Shown here: piece after piece, positions 9,474 to 18,931 of the stretch
Layout of the letters: each line of letters starts with the position of its first letter
How positions within the stretch are numbered: the stretch's first letter is position 1
Origin: an uncultured delta proteobacterium
Lineage (GTDB): Bacteria > Desulfobacterota > Desulfobacteria > Desulfobacterales > UBA2156
NCBI GenBank assembly: GCA_963736855.1
Contig: CAVTQK010000021.1
Location: 753,929 to 817,928 of the forward strand
Length of the DNA stretch: 64,000 nucleotides
Direction: 5' to 3'
Position numbers and translations under genes: made by a program
Notes under the pieces: model-generated
What the model was told of the DNA's origin: nothing
Database searches by the model: none
What the model saw: only the letters and a program-made list of their open reading frames with translations

Positions 9474-10365
9474 ATGATCAGAGGAATGATTGTAGTATCA
9501 ATCCTTGTAGCCGGTCTATTGATAGCTGGATTATCACAGGCATCGAGCGCAGTCATAGAAACCCAGCACCTCATCGTAAGCGATGCCACCGGCAAATTGT
9601 CGAATGATCAACTGAAAAGCTTGGCCGATCAAGCGCAAGCGATGTTGGGGCGCATTCTTGCATTCTGGTCTGCCGATTCCGGAGTAGACCGATTTGGAAA
9701 AGATACGGGTCGTTTTCGATGTACCACGCAGGGATGTCTATTCCAGTGTCTTTTACTGGGAAAAAAAGGATGGTGGACGTATACGCATCGTTCAGGTCTT
9801 CAAATCTGAAGGATCGCCGCAAATGATGGCGCACAAGCTTACAAGTGCGGTCTTTCCCCAAAAGGATAAATTGATTCGCAACATGATGGGTATTCTTACA
9901 GAAGCGCAAATCGGGAATCCGTTAACCTTTCCTATGTGTGGATTCAGCAGTGACGAATGGGTATTGGCTCTTCTGGAAACGAAATCATACATCCCCCTAA
10001 ACGAATTGGGACCTGATCATGAGTCATGGGGTATGAAGGACGCCGGGGGCGGCAAACTTTCGATTCTTGATAAAGCAAAACAACACAAGGCATATGCCGA
10101 AACGGGGTCTTTCGGAAACTATTTGTATAAGACCTATGGAATCAACAAGATAAAGCGGCTACAACGACTCTCCCAGGAGAAGGATAGGCCATGGCAGGAC
10201 GTGTTCGGGATCAGTCTGCAGGAACTTGAGGCCAATTGGCTGAAGCATCTGAGGACGAATGGAGAAACAAGAGAGGAAAATGTGTCGATAGTATTAAAGT
10301 TGTTTGAAAGAAACCCCGGCACAGCCTGCTCGGAGGCGCAGAAGCTTGCACCCAGGAAACAGTAG
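9474..10365 (+). pseudogene. Secreted protein (weak peptidase MA-like resemblance) split by a frameshift near 9697
   Basis: ORFs 9474-9809 and 9694-10365 join as FGK-IRVVFD if one A is removed from GGAAAAGAT. Confidence 0.65.
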
Positions 10366-10426
10366 ACAACCAAGGCAGTATGATTTAATCAGTAAAGATG
10401 AACATCAACAAACAAAGGGGATTATT

Positions 10427-10687
10427 ATGGCTGAACTGATCGTTTTTCACAGTGGAAACCCTAATTGAATGTCATGCAAAAAGGCTATAGGTGTAGCCAA
10501 AGATATGAAAGAACTGTTCGGAGATAAATTAGAGTTGAATATCTACACTACTGATTCCCAAGAGGCTCAGAAATATAATTTTAAAAGCTCAACGAATGTT
10601 CTGCTTGATCAAGACATAGTTCCCCTTGATGTGTCTACAGACAAGAGCAAAATGAAGGATTTTCTTTCAGAAAAATTCGAAGAGTGA
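10427..10687 (+). CDS. Putative thioredoxin-like selenoprotein (UMSC motif), 86 aa
   Basis: RBS + ATG 10427 in frame with TGA 10466-10468, then M-S-C; hairpin GGCTA-TAGGTG-TAGCC downstream. Confidence 0.75.
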
Positions 10688-10695
10688 GGAAAAAT

Positions 10696-11007
10696 ATGAA
10701 AACTTTATTCATAATTTCCACAAGCGACGGAGAAACGATTTACAATGCGATGAGACTTGCCAATGTCGGCGTAAAAAAGGGAGGTGATGTAAGTGTTTTT
10801 ATGCTGGGCAAGGGTGTGCTTTTTGAACAGTCAGGTACGGAACAATTCAACGTAATGGAGCAGATAAACCAGTTTAAGGGTGATTTTTATGTCTGAGGTG
10901 TCTGCATGAAATCCCACGGTCTGGAGGGATCAGGTACATGTCCCGTTGCATGGATGGATGATCTGTACGAGCTTGTCCAAGAGGCGGACAAAGTTATAAA
11001 TTTTTAA
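10696..11007 (+). CDS. DsrE-family selenoprotein (UGVC motif)
   Basis: Readthrough of TGA 10894-10896 gives GVCMKSHG..TCP...MDDLYELVQEADKVINF*, a typical DsrE C-terminus. Confidence 0.85.
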
Positions 11008-11061
11008 CAAATATTAATTGAAAGCACCAAATAACCCGTCGGTCAACCGGCAGCGTTAGCA
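11002..11061 (+). other. Degenerate attC-like site
   Basis: TTTTAAC at DsrE stop and GCAGC GTTAGCA; weak internal pairing. Confidence 0.4.
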
Positions 11062-11095
11062 TCATTTTCTAATCAAATAACAGGGAGAGAAATCT

Positions 11096-11675
11096 ATGGA
11101 AAAAATCAAAATTGACAGTGGTGCGGCTTTTTTATATCCGATGCCAATGGTATTGGTAGGCTCTGTTGTTGAAGGAAAAGCAAATTTCATGGCGGTAGGC
11201 TGGGTTTCAAGAGTCAATTTCAAGCCTCCTTTGTTTGCGATAGCATTAGGTCCCCATCATACAAATAAAGGCATTGACGAAAACAAAGAATTCAGTATCA
11301 ATATTCCTGATGTTTCGTTAATCGAGAAAACCGATTATTGCGGACTGGTTTCAGGGAGTAAAACAGATAAATCCGAACTTTTCAATATTTTCTATGGTGA
11401 CTTTGGGCAAAGCTCCGCTGATTGAAGAATGTCCGGTTTGCATGTCATGCTCTTTATATGATGCGGTTAAACTTCCGTTTAATACGCTTTACATCGGAGA
11501 GCCGAAAGAGGTTTTTACAGAAGAAAAATATATGACAGATAAAATGTTGGATATTAAAAAAGTCAATCCGTTCACGTTGACGATGCCGGACAATCATTAT
11601 TGGTCTGTCGGCGAAAATCTTGGAAAGGCATGGAATATCGGAAAAAGTTTAAAGAAAAAAGGTTTCGGAAAATGA
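11096..11675 (+). pseudogene. Flavin reductase-like (flavoredoxin) protein, frameshift near 11403
   Basis: YPMP..LVG; DYCGLVSG; continues KAPLIEECP in another frame; extra T in GACTTTGGG. Confidence 0.8.
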
Positions 11676-11896
11676 TAACCAATCATAAGAAATAAGCTGA
11701 ACCGTCAGACAACACCCCTAACCCGGATATTTCATGAAATTTTTCAACGATATTCGGCGTGCCAATCAATGACAACGGGTAGAATGGTTTTTTAAATTTT
11801 TTCAATAGATAAACGGTCATTGTTTTTAAGTGGTTTGTTCCTGATGTTGTTTAGGGGCCAATCGCTGAAGTTTGTATCAGGCCGCAAAGAGAAACC

Positions 11897-12358
11897 ATGA
11901 ACTCAATCAGCCACACGAAATCCTTCGAAATGGCTCGTCCTGTTTCTGAACTGTTTCCTCTGTTCAGCCCCGAAGGTGAAAAGAAATGGGTGCCGGGCTG
12001 GGACTACGAAAATGTAACGGGAAAGTCCGAACTTTTTGAGGACTTTGTTTTTTTAACCGAAACCCATGATCATGGAACAACTCATGCGATTTGGATAGTA
12101 AAGAAATATGACCCCAAATCGCATTTCATTCAGTTCTACAAAATAGAGCCGGAAGACAAAATTGGAGTTGTCACAGTAAAGTGTTCAAAATTAGAGACTT
12201 CAAAAACAAAGGTTCAAGTGACGTACAAATATATTGCCCTGTCACCATCTGGGAAAAAGTTTATTGCTCAGTTCAGCAAAAGTGCTTTTGAAGAATTCAT
12301 TGGTGAATGGCAGACATTGCTATTGAATTATTTTAAGTCCAAAGGGCAACAAGTTTGA
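11897..12358 (+). CDS. SRPBCC/START-like hypothetical protein
   Basis: LFPLFSPEGEKKWVPGW motif. Confidence 0.7.
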   Translation: MNSISHTKSFEMARPVSELFPLFSPEGEKKWVPGWDYENVTGKSELFEDFVFLTETHDHGTTHAIWIVKKYDPKSHFIQFYKIEPEDKIGVVTVKCSKLETSKTKVQVTYKYIALSPSGKKFIAQFSKSAFEEFIGEWQTLLLNYFKSKGQQV

Positions 12359-12489
12359 GTTTTTACGATTTCATTAGGGTTAACTGTTGTGCAAGTCCCC
12401 CACCCAGCTTCCGGATAAGATTACAGGGCGGTTTTAGGTGATCCGTATCTTTTTATTTCCTTGATATAGCCCATAGTAATTCCATTGAG

Positions 12490-12632
12490 TGCACAGAAAA
12501 ATGTGCAAGTGGATATTTTTTTGTGCAATCGTCCCCTGATGTTTTATCCTTTAGCTCAAAGCGTTCTGCAACTCCCCGGAATATAGAGATCTTTTAAGAG
12601 GGATTCATGTTCATGTTTGGCATGTATCTTGC
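12490..12632 (+). promoter_or_regulatory. sigma54 promoter with upstream enhancer-like palindrome
   Basis: TGGCAT-GTATC-TTGC at 12618-12632; TGCACA-N6-TGTGCA at 12490-12507. Confidence 0.65.
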
Positions 12633-13187
12633 GAAAGCTATAGCAAAAATTCCGTTCCATACCGATTTCTTTGGGTGGTTTCACGCAAAAGCCCTTTTTC
12701 ATCGTTTTTCATACGGGAGGCCAAAATGAACTTAGTCCAACCCTATTTGAGAAAGATCCCTGAATGTTTTTCCCACCCAATAACCGCATGGTTTTTCGTC
12801 CTTTCCTTCTCCATAACCGTGTGGCTTTTCATCCTCTCATTTTTATTGAAACGTTGCCTATGAAAAAACTCCTGAACAGGTTTGAAGCGCGATGATCTGC
12901 TTTAAACCTGCCGGCGGTGATCTATGGCATGAAAGCACGGTGACCGCGTCAGATGGCCGGGGGAACCAAACATACAAAATGACCCGAATATTGGTCATCG
13001 GCAACGGTTTGATCTGATCTTGAGTTTAAAATCCTAACATGATGATCTTCTTGAACAAAGCGGCTTAAACACGTGTGCCCCTTTTTATGCTTTGTATCAT
13101 GGAAAAGGGTGCCATGAAATTCAAACACACCATTTGATATATTCTCCCACCTCGGAATCAGCAGTTCAGCATGATCCATAAAGGAGG

Positions 13188-13535
13188 TTGATCATGAGTG
13201 ATTGTACACCTTGTGAAGAATCCCTTGCCGAATACTCGCCTCTCACTATTTATCTGATAAAATCAGGTGGGGATATTCTTGTTTACTTAAAAAACAACGG
13301 GCGGAATATCATCGTCATCAAGCGGCTGTTATTATATAGGGAGTGGTCCGAAGGAGGACGAACCATTAATTATCTGCGCGGGTCTGATTTTACTATCGGC
13401 GGTGAAGTCGTGGAACAGGGATCGACACAGCTTAAATATAGGGCATCGGCCGCAAACGCAATTTCTGCAACAGCCCGGGCGGAATATTTTGAAATAACCG
13501 GCCGCAGCCTGGCCCGTGAGCTCGATTTGACTTAA
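13188..13535 (+). CDS. Hypothetical protein (N-terminal CxxC, beta-rich)
   Basis: AAGGAGG RBS; start TTG 13188 or ATG 13194. Confidence 0.7.
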   Translation: MIMSDCTPCEESLAEYSPLTIYLIKSGGDILVYLKNNGRNIIVIKRLLLYREWSEGGRTINYLRGSDFTIGGEVVEQGSTQLKYRASAANAISATARAEYFEITGRSLARELDLT

Positions 13536-13542
13536 AAGGAGA

Positions 13543-13884
13543 ATGAAAATGAACCGAGAAAGAAATTCGCCAGGTATCTATAAACTGCATATCGGGCGCA
13601 CTCTTGGCCTGGAAGATGTGGAAAAAGTACTTGAGCGCACCTCCTTTGAGGTTATGGAAAAAGCGGTTAGAACACTGGGATTAAAATTGGCTCGGATAGA
13701 TTTGTTAAAAGACGAAACAGTGGTGTTTTTCAGCGGAGATAAAAAGATTGCAACTGAACTCAAGTCGGTTTTCCGAAAGACCTACGATAAATGCAAAGTA
13801 AGCCTTCGGGTTTCCTCTGTCTCAGATTTGGCAAAAGCCCCTAAAAAAAATGCTCATCTTGGAAAGAGGATGCTCCAAAATTGA
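13543..13884 (+). CDS. Hypothetical protein
   Basis: AAGGAG RBS; stop codon supplied by the MITE end. Confidence 0.65.
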   Translation: MKMNRERNSPGIYKLHIGRTLGLEDVEKVLERTSFEVMEKAVRTLGLKLARIDLLKDETVVFFSGDKKIATELKSVFRKTYDKCKVSLRVSSVSDLAKAPKKNAHLGKRMLQN

Positions 13885-14036
13885 TGGCTTCGTAAAAAGT
13901 CCAATTTCTGCGTTGCGCATCATCCCGTTGCGATTTCGACGTACGATAAGTACGCCTCATCACACGGGATTCGCGATGCCTTGAACTTGAACTTTTTACT
14001 TTGCCATCTGATTTTCGACTTTTTACGAGTTCATCA
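13882..14036. mobile_element. 155-bp MITE, copy 1
   Basis: TIRs TGATGGCTTCGTAAAAAGTC / GACTTTTTACGAGTTCATCA; AAAT on both flanks; inverted near-identical copy at 38199-38353. Confidence 0.85.
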
Positions 14037-14064
14037 AAATTCATGAAGAAAGGATCAGTAAAAA

Positions 14065-14982
14065 ATGTATGCGATGTATAAATGCGTGGAGATTCCCGAA
14101 GCAGGACAACTGGTGGGTACGGGATGGCTTCCGCCTCTTCCGGACCTGAGAGATTACACGGATACGCACCCTGAGATTGCGGAAATGAACAAGAAGTTGC
14201 GATTGCCCAAGGGCAAAGAGTTGAAATCGCTGCCGGCAACCGTCGATCTCAGATCCTGGTGCTCACCTGTAGAAAATCAAAAAAGCCTGGGTTCCTGTAC
14301 GGCACATGCCGCAGCAGGGATTGTCGAGTACTTCCAGCGCAGGGCTTTTAACAAACACCTCGAGGGATCCCGACTTTTCATATACAAAACAACCCGCAAT
14401 CTGATGCAAGTAACCGGGGATGCCGGAGCTTGGTTGAGGAATACCATGGGCGCCTTGACACTTTGCGGTGTCCCGGATGAGAAATACTGGCCATACACGG
14501 ATGCCGAACCGGCCTTCGATAATGAACCTCCGAGCTTCGTTTATGCCATCGCCGACAACTATGAGGCGGTAAAATACTTCTGTCATGACCCTTTAGGAGC
14601 GAACGTCTCGGGAAACACTGTCCTGAACAACGTCAAAAAATATATAGCTGCCGGCGTTCCTTCGATGTTTGGTTTTTGGGGTTTCCCGTCGTTCGATTAT
14701 TGTGACGTGAAAGGCGGAATTCCATACCCATGTCCCGATGAACAAGCGCAGTGGGGACATGCCATCGTTGCGGTCGGCTATGATGACGGAAAAAAGATCA
14801 AGAATACGAAGTGTAACAAGACGACTACAGGGGCTATCCTGATCCGAAATTCGTGGGGTAAGACATGGGGAGACAAGGGGTATGGGTGGTTGCCCTATGA
14901 ATACGTGGTGAACAAGCTGGCTCTCGATTTCTGGTCCCTATTGAGCATGGAATGGGTGGACACGAAGCAATTCGGCTTGTGA
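14065..14982 (+). CDS. Papain-like C1 cysteine peptidase
   Basis: NQ..LGSCTA, GHAIVAVGY, IRNSWG catalytic motifs. Confidence 0.92.
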   Translation: MYAMYKCVEIPEAGQLVGTGWLPPLPDLRDYTDTHPEIAEMNKKLRLPKGKELKSLPATVDLRSWCSPVENQKSLGSCTAHAAAGIVEYFQRRAFNKHLEGSRLFIYKTTRNLMQVTGDAGAWLRNTMGALTLCGVPDEKYWPYTDAEPAFDNEPPSFVYAIADNYEAVKYFCHDPLGANVSGNTVLNNVKKYIAAGVPSMFGFWGFPSFDYCDVKGGIPYPCPDEQAQWGHAIVAVGYDDGKKIKNTKCNKTTTGAILIRNSWGKTWGDKGYGWLPYEYVVNKLALDFWSLLSMEWVDTKQFGL

Positions 14983-14995
14983 AAAAACACCGAAA

Positions 14996-16765
14996 TCACG
15001 ATCTACGACATTTGATCAGGGCCGCTTCCAGGTCGCACTGAAGGCATCGGCTCACCTCTTGCAAAGCCTGGTCATCATCCATGCACAAGTCCACTTCATC
15101 GAAAGAGGTGCGCCTTTCCGATACGGCCAGTCGTCGGGGTTCCTCACGTCTTCGGTCGGCAAATCCAGGGCTCCTTTTTACGGCATCTATCCGGTTTTCT
15201 ATATCCCGGCAATCCGTTCCAGGTGTTTGGCTCCTGAAATCGAATCTGCCGTCTCCGCCCAGGTACCGATCGATGGAAACCGCCGCACGCCTTCCGGCGG
15301 CGACGGCTTCGACCACCGTGCCGGGACCACTGGCTGCATCCCCTCCGGCAAATACGCCGGGAAGCGCTGTGGCTTGGGTTTCGGCATCGATAGAAATAAG
15401 GCCATTTTGAACCGGGATAGATCCTTCTTCCAGGAAGCAAAAATTCCTGCAAAATGCCGTTTCGCTAGCCTGGCCGACAGCTAAAATCACCTGATCCGTT
15501 TCCACTGTTTTTTGGGTCTCATTGAAAAAGGGGCAGAAATTCCCCTGTTCATCGAAGACGGACAGACACCGGACCAGTTCGACTCCGGAAACCCTGCCAT
15601 CGTTTCCCGTGATTCTTGCCGGACCCCAGGAATAAAGCATTTCAACACCCTCTTCCAGGGCCATTTCAATTTCCCAGGGGTTGGCGGGCATCTCTTCTCT
15701 GCTCTCAAGACAGGCCAGTGTCACTTTTTCGGCCCCCAATCGAAGGGCGGTCAGAGCCACGTCGATGGCCACATTCCCGCCTCCAACCACCAGGGTCCGC
15801 TTAGCTACTTTTGGAGGATTCCCTTCCGAAACCAAAACCAGGAAATCGACTCCCCAGGCCACATTTTCCAGATCGATCCCTTCGATGCGGAGCCTCTTGC
15901 TGATCTGGGCCCCTACCGCAAGAAAGACTGCGTCGAATCCTTCCCGCTTTAAATCCTCCACCTGGAAATCCGTCCCCAGTTTCCGGCCCATCCTCAGGTC
16001 AATTCCCATTCTTAAGATCCGGTTTATTTCCTGGTCGATAACCGTCTCCGGAAGTCGGTACCTGGGAATTCCGTATCGGAGCATCCCGCCCGCTTTTTTC
16101 CTAGCTTCGAAGAGTGTTACCCGGTGCCCCTTTTTACGCAAGAAAAAGGCGGCGGTCAGTCCCGCAGGACCGGCGCCGATGATGGCCACCTTTTTGTCGG
16201 TATCCGCACCTGGAGATAAGATTTTAGCAAAGTCACCTCCGGCCTTGTCGGCGGCATACCGCTTGGCCGCGCAAATGGCGATCGGCGCGTTGATCTCCCC
16301 CCGCTTGCAGACGGTTTCGCAGGGGTGTGTGCATACCCGTCCCAGAATCCCCGGGAAAGGAGCCTTTTCCATGATCCGCTCGAAGGCTTCGTCCATCTTA
16401 CCCCGAGCGATGCATCTCAGGTACCCAGGCACATCGATTCCAGCCGGACAGGCGGCTACGCAGGGAGCGCCTTCAGGGATTCTTTCCGCTGGAGAAAACT
16501 CCCTGAGGGCGCGGGTCATATCGATGATTTTGATACCGTTGGGGCAGGCATCTTCGCATCGGCCGCAGACAGCGCAATACCACGGCATGTCCGATGATGC
16601 GATCTCCCGGATCCTGTCGAGTTCCACATAATGAATCATCCGCCGAATATTGAATTCATTGACGCCGGTGATCGGGCAGGCCGAGCTGCATCGGCCGCAC
16701 TGCTCGCAGTAGCGCAGCATTTTGACGTCGTTGAAGCGCTCGCTAAACGATGGCATGGGTTTCAT
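14996..16765 (-). CDS. HdrC-like 2x[4Fe-4S] domain fused to GltD/NfnB-like FAD/NAD(P)H oxidoreductase
   Basis: CEQCGRCSSACP, WYCAVCGRCEDACP, APC..ACP, GRVCTHPCE, GAGPAG, GGGNVA, RCLQC. Confidence 0.85.
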   Translation of the reverse strand: MKPMPSFSERFNDVKMLRYCEQCGRCSSACPITGVNEFNIRRMIHYVELDRIREIASSDMPWYCAVCGRCEDACPNGIKIIDMTRALREFSPAERIPEGAPCVAACPAGIDVPGYLRCIARGKMDEAFERIMEKAPFPGILGRVCTHPCETVCKRGEINAPIAICAAKRYAADKAGGDFAKILSPGADTDKKVAIIGAGPAGLTAAFFLRKKGHRVTLFEARKKAGGMLRYGIPRYRLPETVIDQEINRILRMGIDLRMGRKLGTDFQVEDLKREGFDAVFLAVGAQISKRLRIEGIDLENVAWGVDFLVLVSEGNPPKVAKRTLVVGGGNVAIDVALTALRLGAEKVTLACLESREEMPANPWEIEMALEEGVEMLYSWGPARITGNDGRVSGVELVRCLSVFDEQGNFCPFFNETQKTVETDQVILAVGQASETAFCRNFCFLEEGSIPVQNGLISIDAETQATALPGVFAGGDAASGPGTVVEAVAAGRRAAVSIDRYLGGDGRFDFRSQTPGTDCRDIENRIDAVKRSPGFADRRREEPRRLAVSERRTSFDEVDLCMDDDQALQEVSRCLQCDLEAALIKCRRS

Positions 16766-16786
16766 GGTCCATTTCTGCGGCAGTCG

Positions 16787-18913
16787 CTACTTAAGATGGA
16801 GTTGTTTGACCATATCCTTCATGGTCCTGGCGAACTTGGGGCCGTCGGCCGCGCTGCACCATACATTCCAGAGGCGATCCGGATCGTACCCTGCCTTGGC
16901 CAGCTTCTTTCGCATCCGCCTCACCCGGGATTCCGCCGCATAGTTGCCTGAAATATAGTGACAGGTGGGAAATTCGCATCCGGCCACCAGGACGCCGGCT
17001 GCTCCTTTTTCAAAGGCCCGCAGCATCATTTTCATAGAGACCCGTGCCGAACACATCACCCGGATCAGCCTTGCATGGATCGGGTATTGGAGGCGGCTGA
17101 CGCCGGCCATGTCGACGCCGCCTAAAGCGCACCAGTGGCAGACGAATCCAACGATTTTCTTTTCCGGATCTTCCGAAAGTGCTGCATCGACCTGGGCCAG
17201 GACCTGATCGTCGGTGAAATGGACGATGGTGACGCACTCCTTGGGGCAGTCCGCCGCACAGAGCCCGCACCCCTTGCATAGGGCCTTGATGACGTGGGGA
17301 TTCTTGTCGGCGTCAACGCTGATGGCGCTGTATGGGCATCGTTTGTAGCATAAGCCGCATTGGTTGCAATCGGCAAGATCGATATCCGCAACGATCCCTT
17401 CCGCTTCCACGTATCCCCGTTTCATGGGGATGGAAACCCGCATGGCAGCACCGGCACCGGCCTCGATGCTCTCCTTGAGCATCATGGGCGCCTTGGCGCA
17501 TCCGGCAAGGGCAATGCCGTCAGTGGGAAACTCCAGAGGGGCCAGCTTCACGTGAGATTCCTGGAAAAACCCGTCCGTGTTGGCAGAAACCTTCAACAGC
17601 CCCTTGAGGCGTTCAACGGTTTCATCCCCCTGAAAGGCGGTGGTGAGGACCAGGAGGTCAGCCGGCAGATCCAATTCTTTCCCGATGAGAAGATCAAGGG
17701 GCTTGACGAGGAGGGATCCATCCGCCTGCTGCACGATTTCCGGATAGCGGTTGTCGGGAAATCGGGAAAAGCGGACTCCCATTCGCTTGGCCTGTTCCAG
17801 CATGGACCCTTCTTCCTTGACCATGGAAAGGTCCCGGTAGAGGATATGGATCTGCACATCCGGATTCAGGCGTTTTAATGCCAGGGCATTTTTCACGCTC
17901 ACGTGGCATCCGATTCCGCAGCAACCCCGAGTTTCATTTTTAGACCCGACACACTGGATGATGACCACATTTTTCATCAAGCCTTCCGGACCGAACACTG
18001 AAGCTAAACCCCCATCCGACATTTTCTCTTCGTCCGTTGTATTCGTCAGGGCCGAAAGCTTTCTTTCCAGTTGGAGTTGGGTGATCACCCGTGGATTTTC
18101 CCCATACCCGAAAAGACCTTCGGGCTCGATTTCCCGCATTCCTGTGGCCACCACGATGGTGGAGACATCGAGGCGCTCCCCCGGCGCTTGATTTTTCTCT
18201 CTCAGGGTGACCTTGTAATTTCCGATGTAACCTTCAACGGTATCGATCTTAGCGCCTGTGACGACACGAATACCGGGGTTGGACGTCACACGTTCCTCAA
18301 GCTGTTTTACCAGTTCGAAGGCCTGTGCTTCATGATGATCATGGCAGACCCTGTTCAAATCTTTTAAGATTCCGCCGAGCCTGTCCCGTTTCTCGAAAAG
18401 GAATGCCGAAAACCCCTGTTCGGCAATGTTCAATGCGGCAGTCATGCCGGCTGCCCCGCCGCCGATAATGAGACATTCCTGCTTGACCGGAAGCCGGATC
18501 TCCTCCCCCTCTTCCAGAAGGATGGCCTTGGCCACCCCCATCCGGATGAGGTCCTTTGCCTTCTCCGTGGCTGCCTCCGGTTCCTTCATGTGCACCCAGG
18601 AAACCTGTTCCCGAATGCTGACGAATTCCAGCAAATAGGGGTTCAATCCGGCCTGCTTGACGTTTCTTTTAAAAAGCGATTCATGGGTCCGGGGCGTACA
18701 GGATGCGATGACCACCCGGTTGATGCGGTGCTCTTTGATCAGATCCTGCATCCTGGAAAGATAGTCGACGCTGCAGGACCACCGCCCCTCGTCGGCCAGA
18801 ACCACATGGTCCAGCTCCTTGGCATATTCCACCACTTCCGGGACGTTCACGACGCCGGCGATATTGGAGCCGCAGTCGCAAACAAAGACACCCACCCGGA
18901 TATCGTCATTCAT
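16787..18913 (-). CDS. hdrA: HdrA-like flavoprotein with C-terminal MvhD domain (QmoB-like architecture)
   Basis: VGVFVCDCG, CTPRTHE, IREQVSWVH, IQCVGS, two ferredoxin motifs, FVCHWC..RVMCSARV..GC..CHY. Confidence 0.9.
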   Translation of the reverse strand: MNDDIRVGVFVCDCGSNIAGVVNVPEVVEYAKELDHVVLADEGRWSCSVDYLSRMQDLIKEHRINRVVIASCTPRTHESLFKRNVKQAGLNPYLLEFVSIREQVSWVHMKEPEAATEKAKDLIRMGVAKAILLEEGEEIRLPVKQECLIIGGGAAGMTAALNIAEQGFSAFLFEKRDRLGGILKDLNRVCHDHHEAQAFELVKQLEERVTSNPGIRVVTGAKIDTVEGYIGNYKVTLREKNQAPGERLDVSTIVVATGMREIEPEGLFGYGENPRVITQLQLERKLSALTNTTDEEKMSDGGLASVFGPEGLMKNVVIIQCVGSKNETRGCCGIGCHVSVKNALALKRLNPDVQIHILYRDLSMVKEEGSMLEQAKRMGVRFSRFPDNRYPEIVQQADGSLLVKPLDLLIGKELDLPADLLVLTTAFQGDETVERLKGLLKVSANTDGFFQESHVKLAPLEFPTDGIALAGCAKAPMMLKESIEAGAGAAMRVSIPMKRGYVEAEGIVADIDLADCNQCGLCYKRCPYSAISVDADKNPHVIKALCKGCGLCAADCPKECVTIVHFTDDQVLAQVDAALSEDPEKKIVGFVCHWCALGGVDMAGVSRLQYPIHARLIRVMCSARVSMKMMLRAFEKGAAGVLVAGCEFPTCHYISGNYAAESRVRRMRKKLAKAGYDPDRLWNVWCSAADGPKFARTMKDMVKQLHLK

Positions 18914-18931
18914 GGAGGCACCTCATACAGG

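Noticed and set aside
12640-12720. c-di-GMP-I riboswitch-like words (GCAAA...CGCAAAAGCC)
   Set aside because: No GNRA P2 stem or P3 pairing could be built by eye.
12675-13179. Small ORFs 12675-12863 and 12949-13179
   Set aside because: No convincing RBS or motif; likely spurious.
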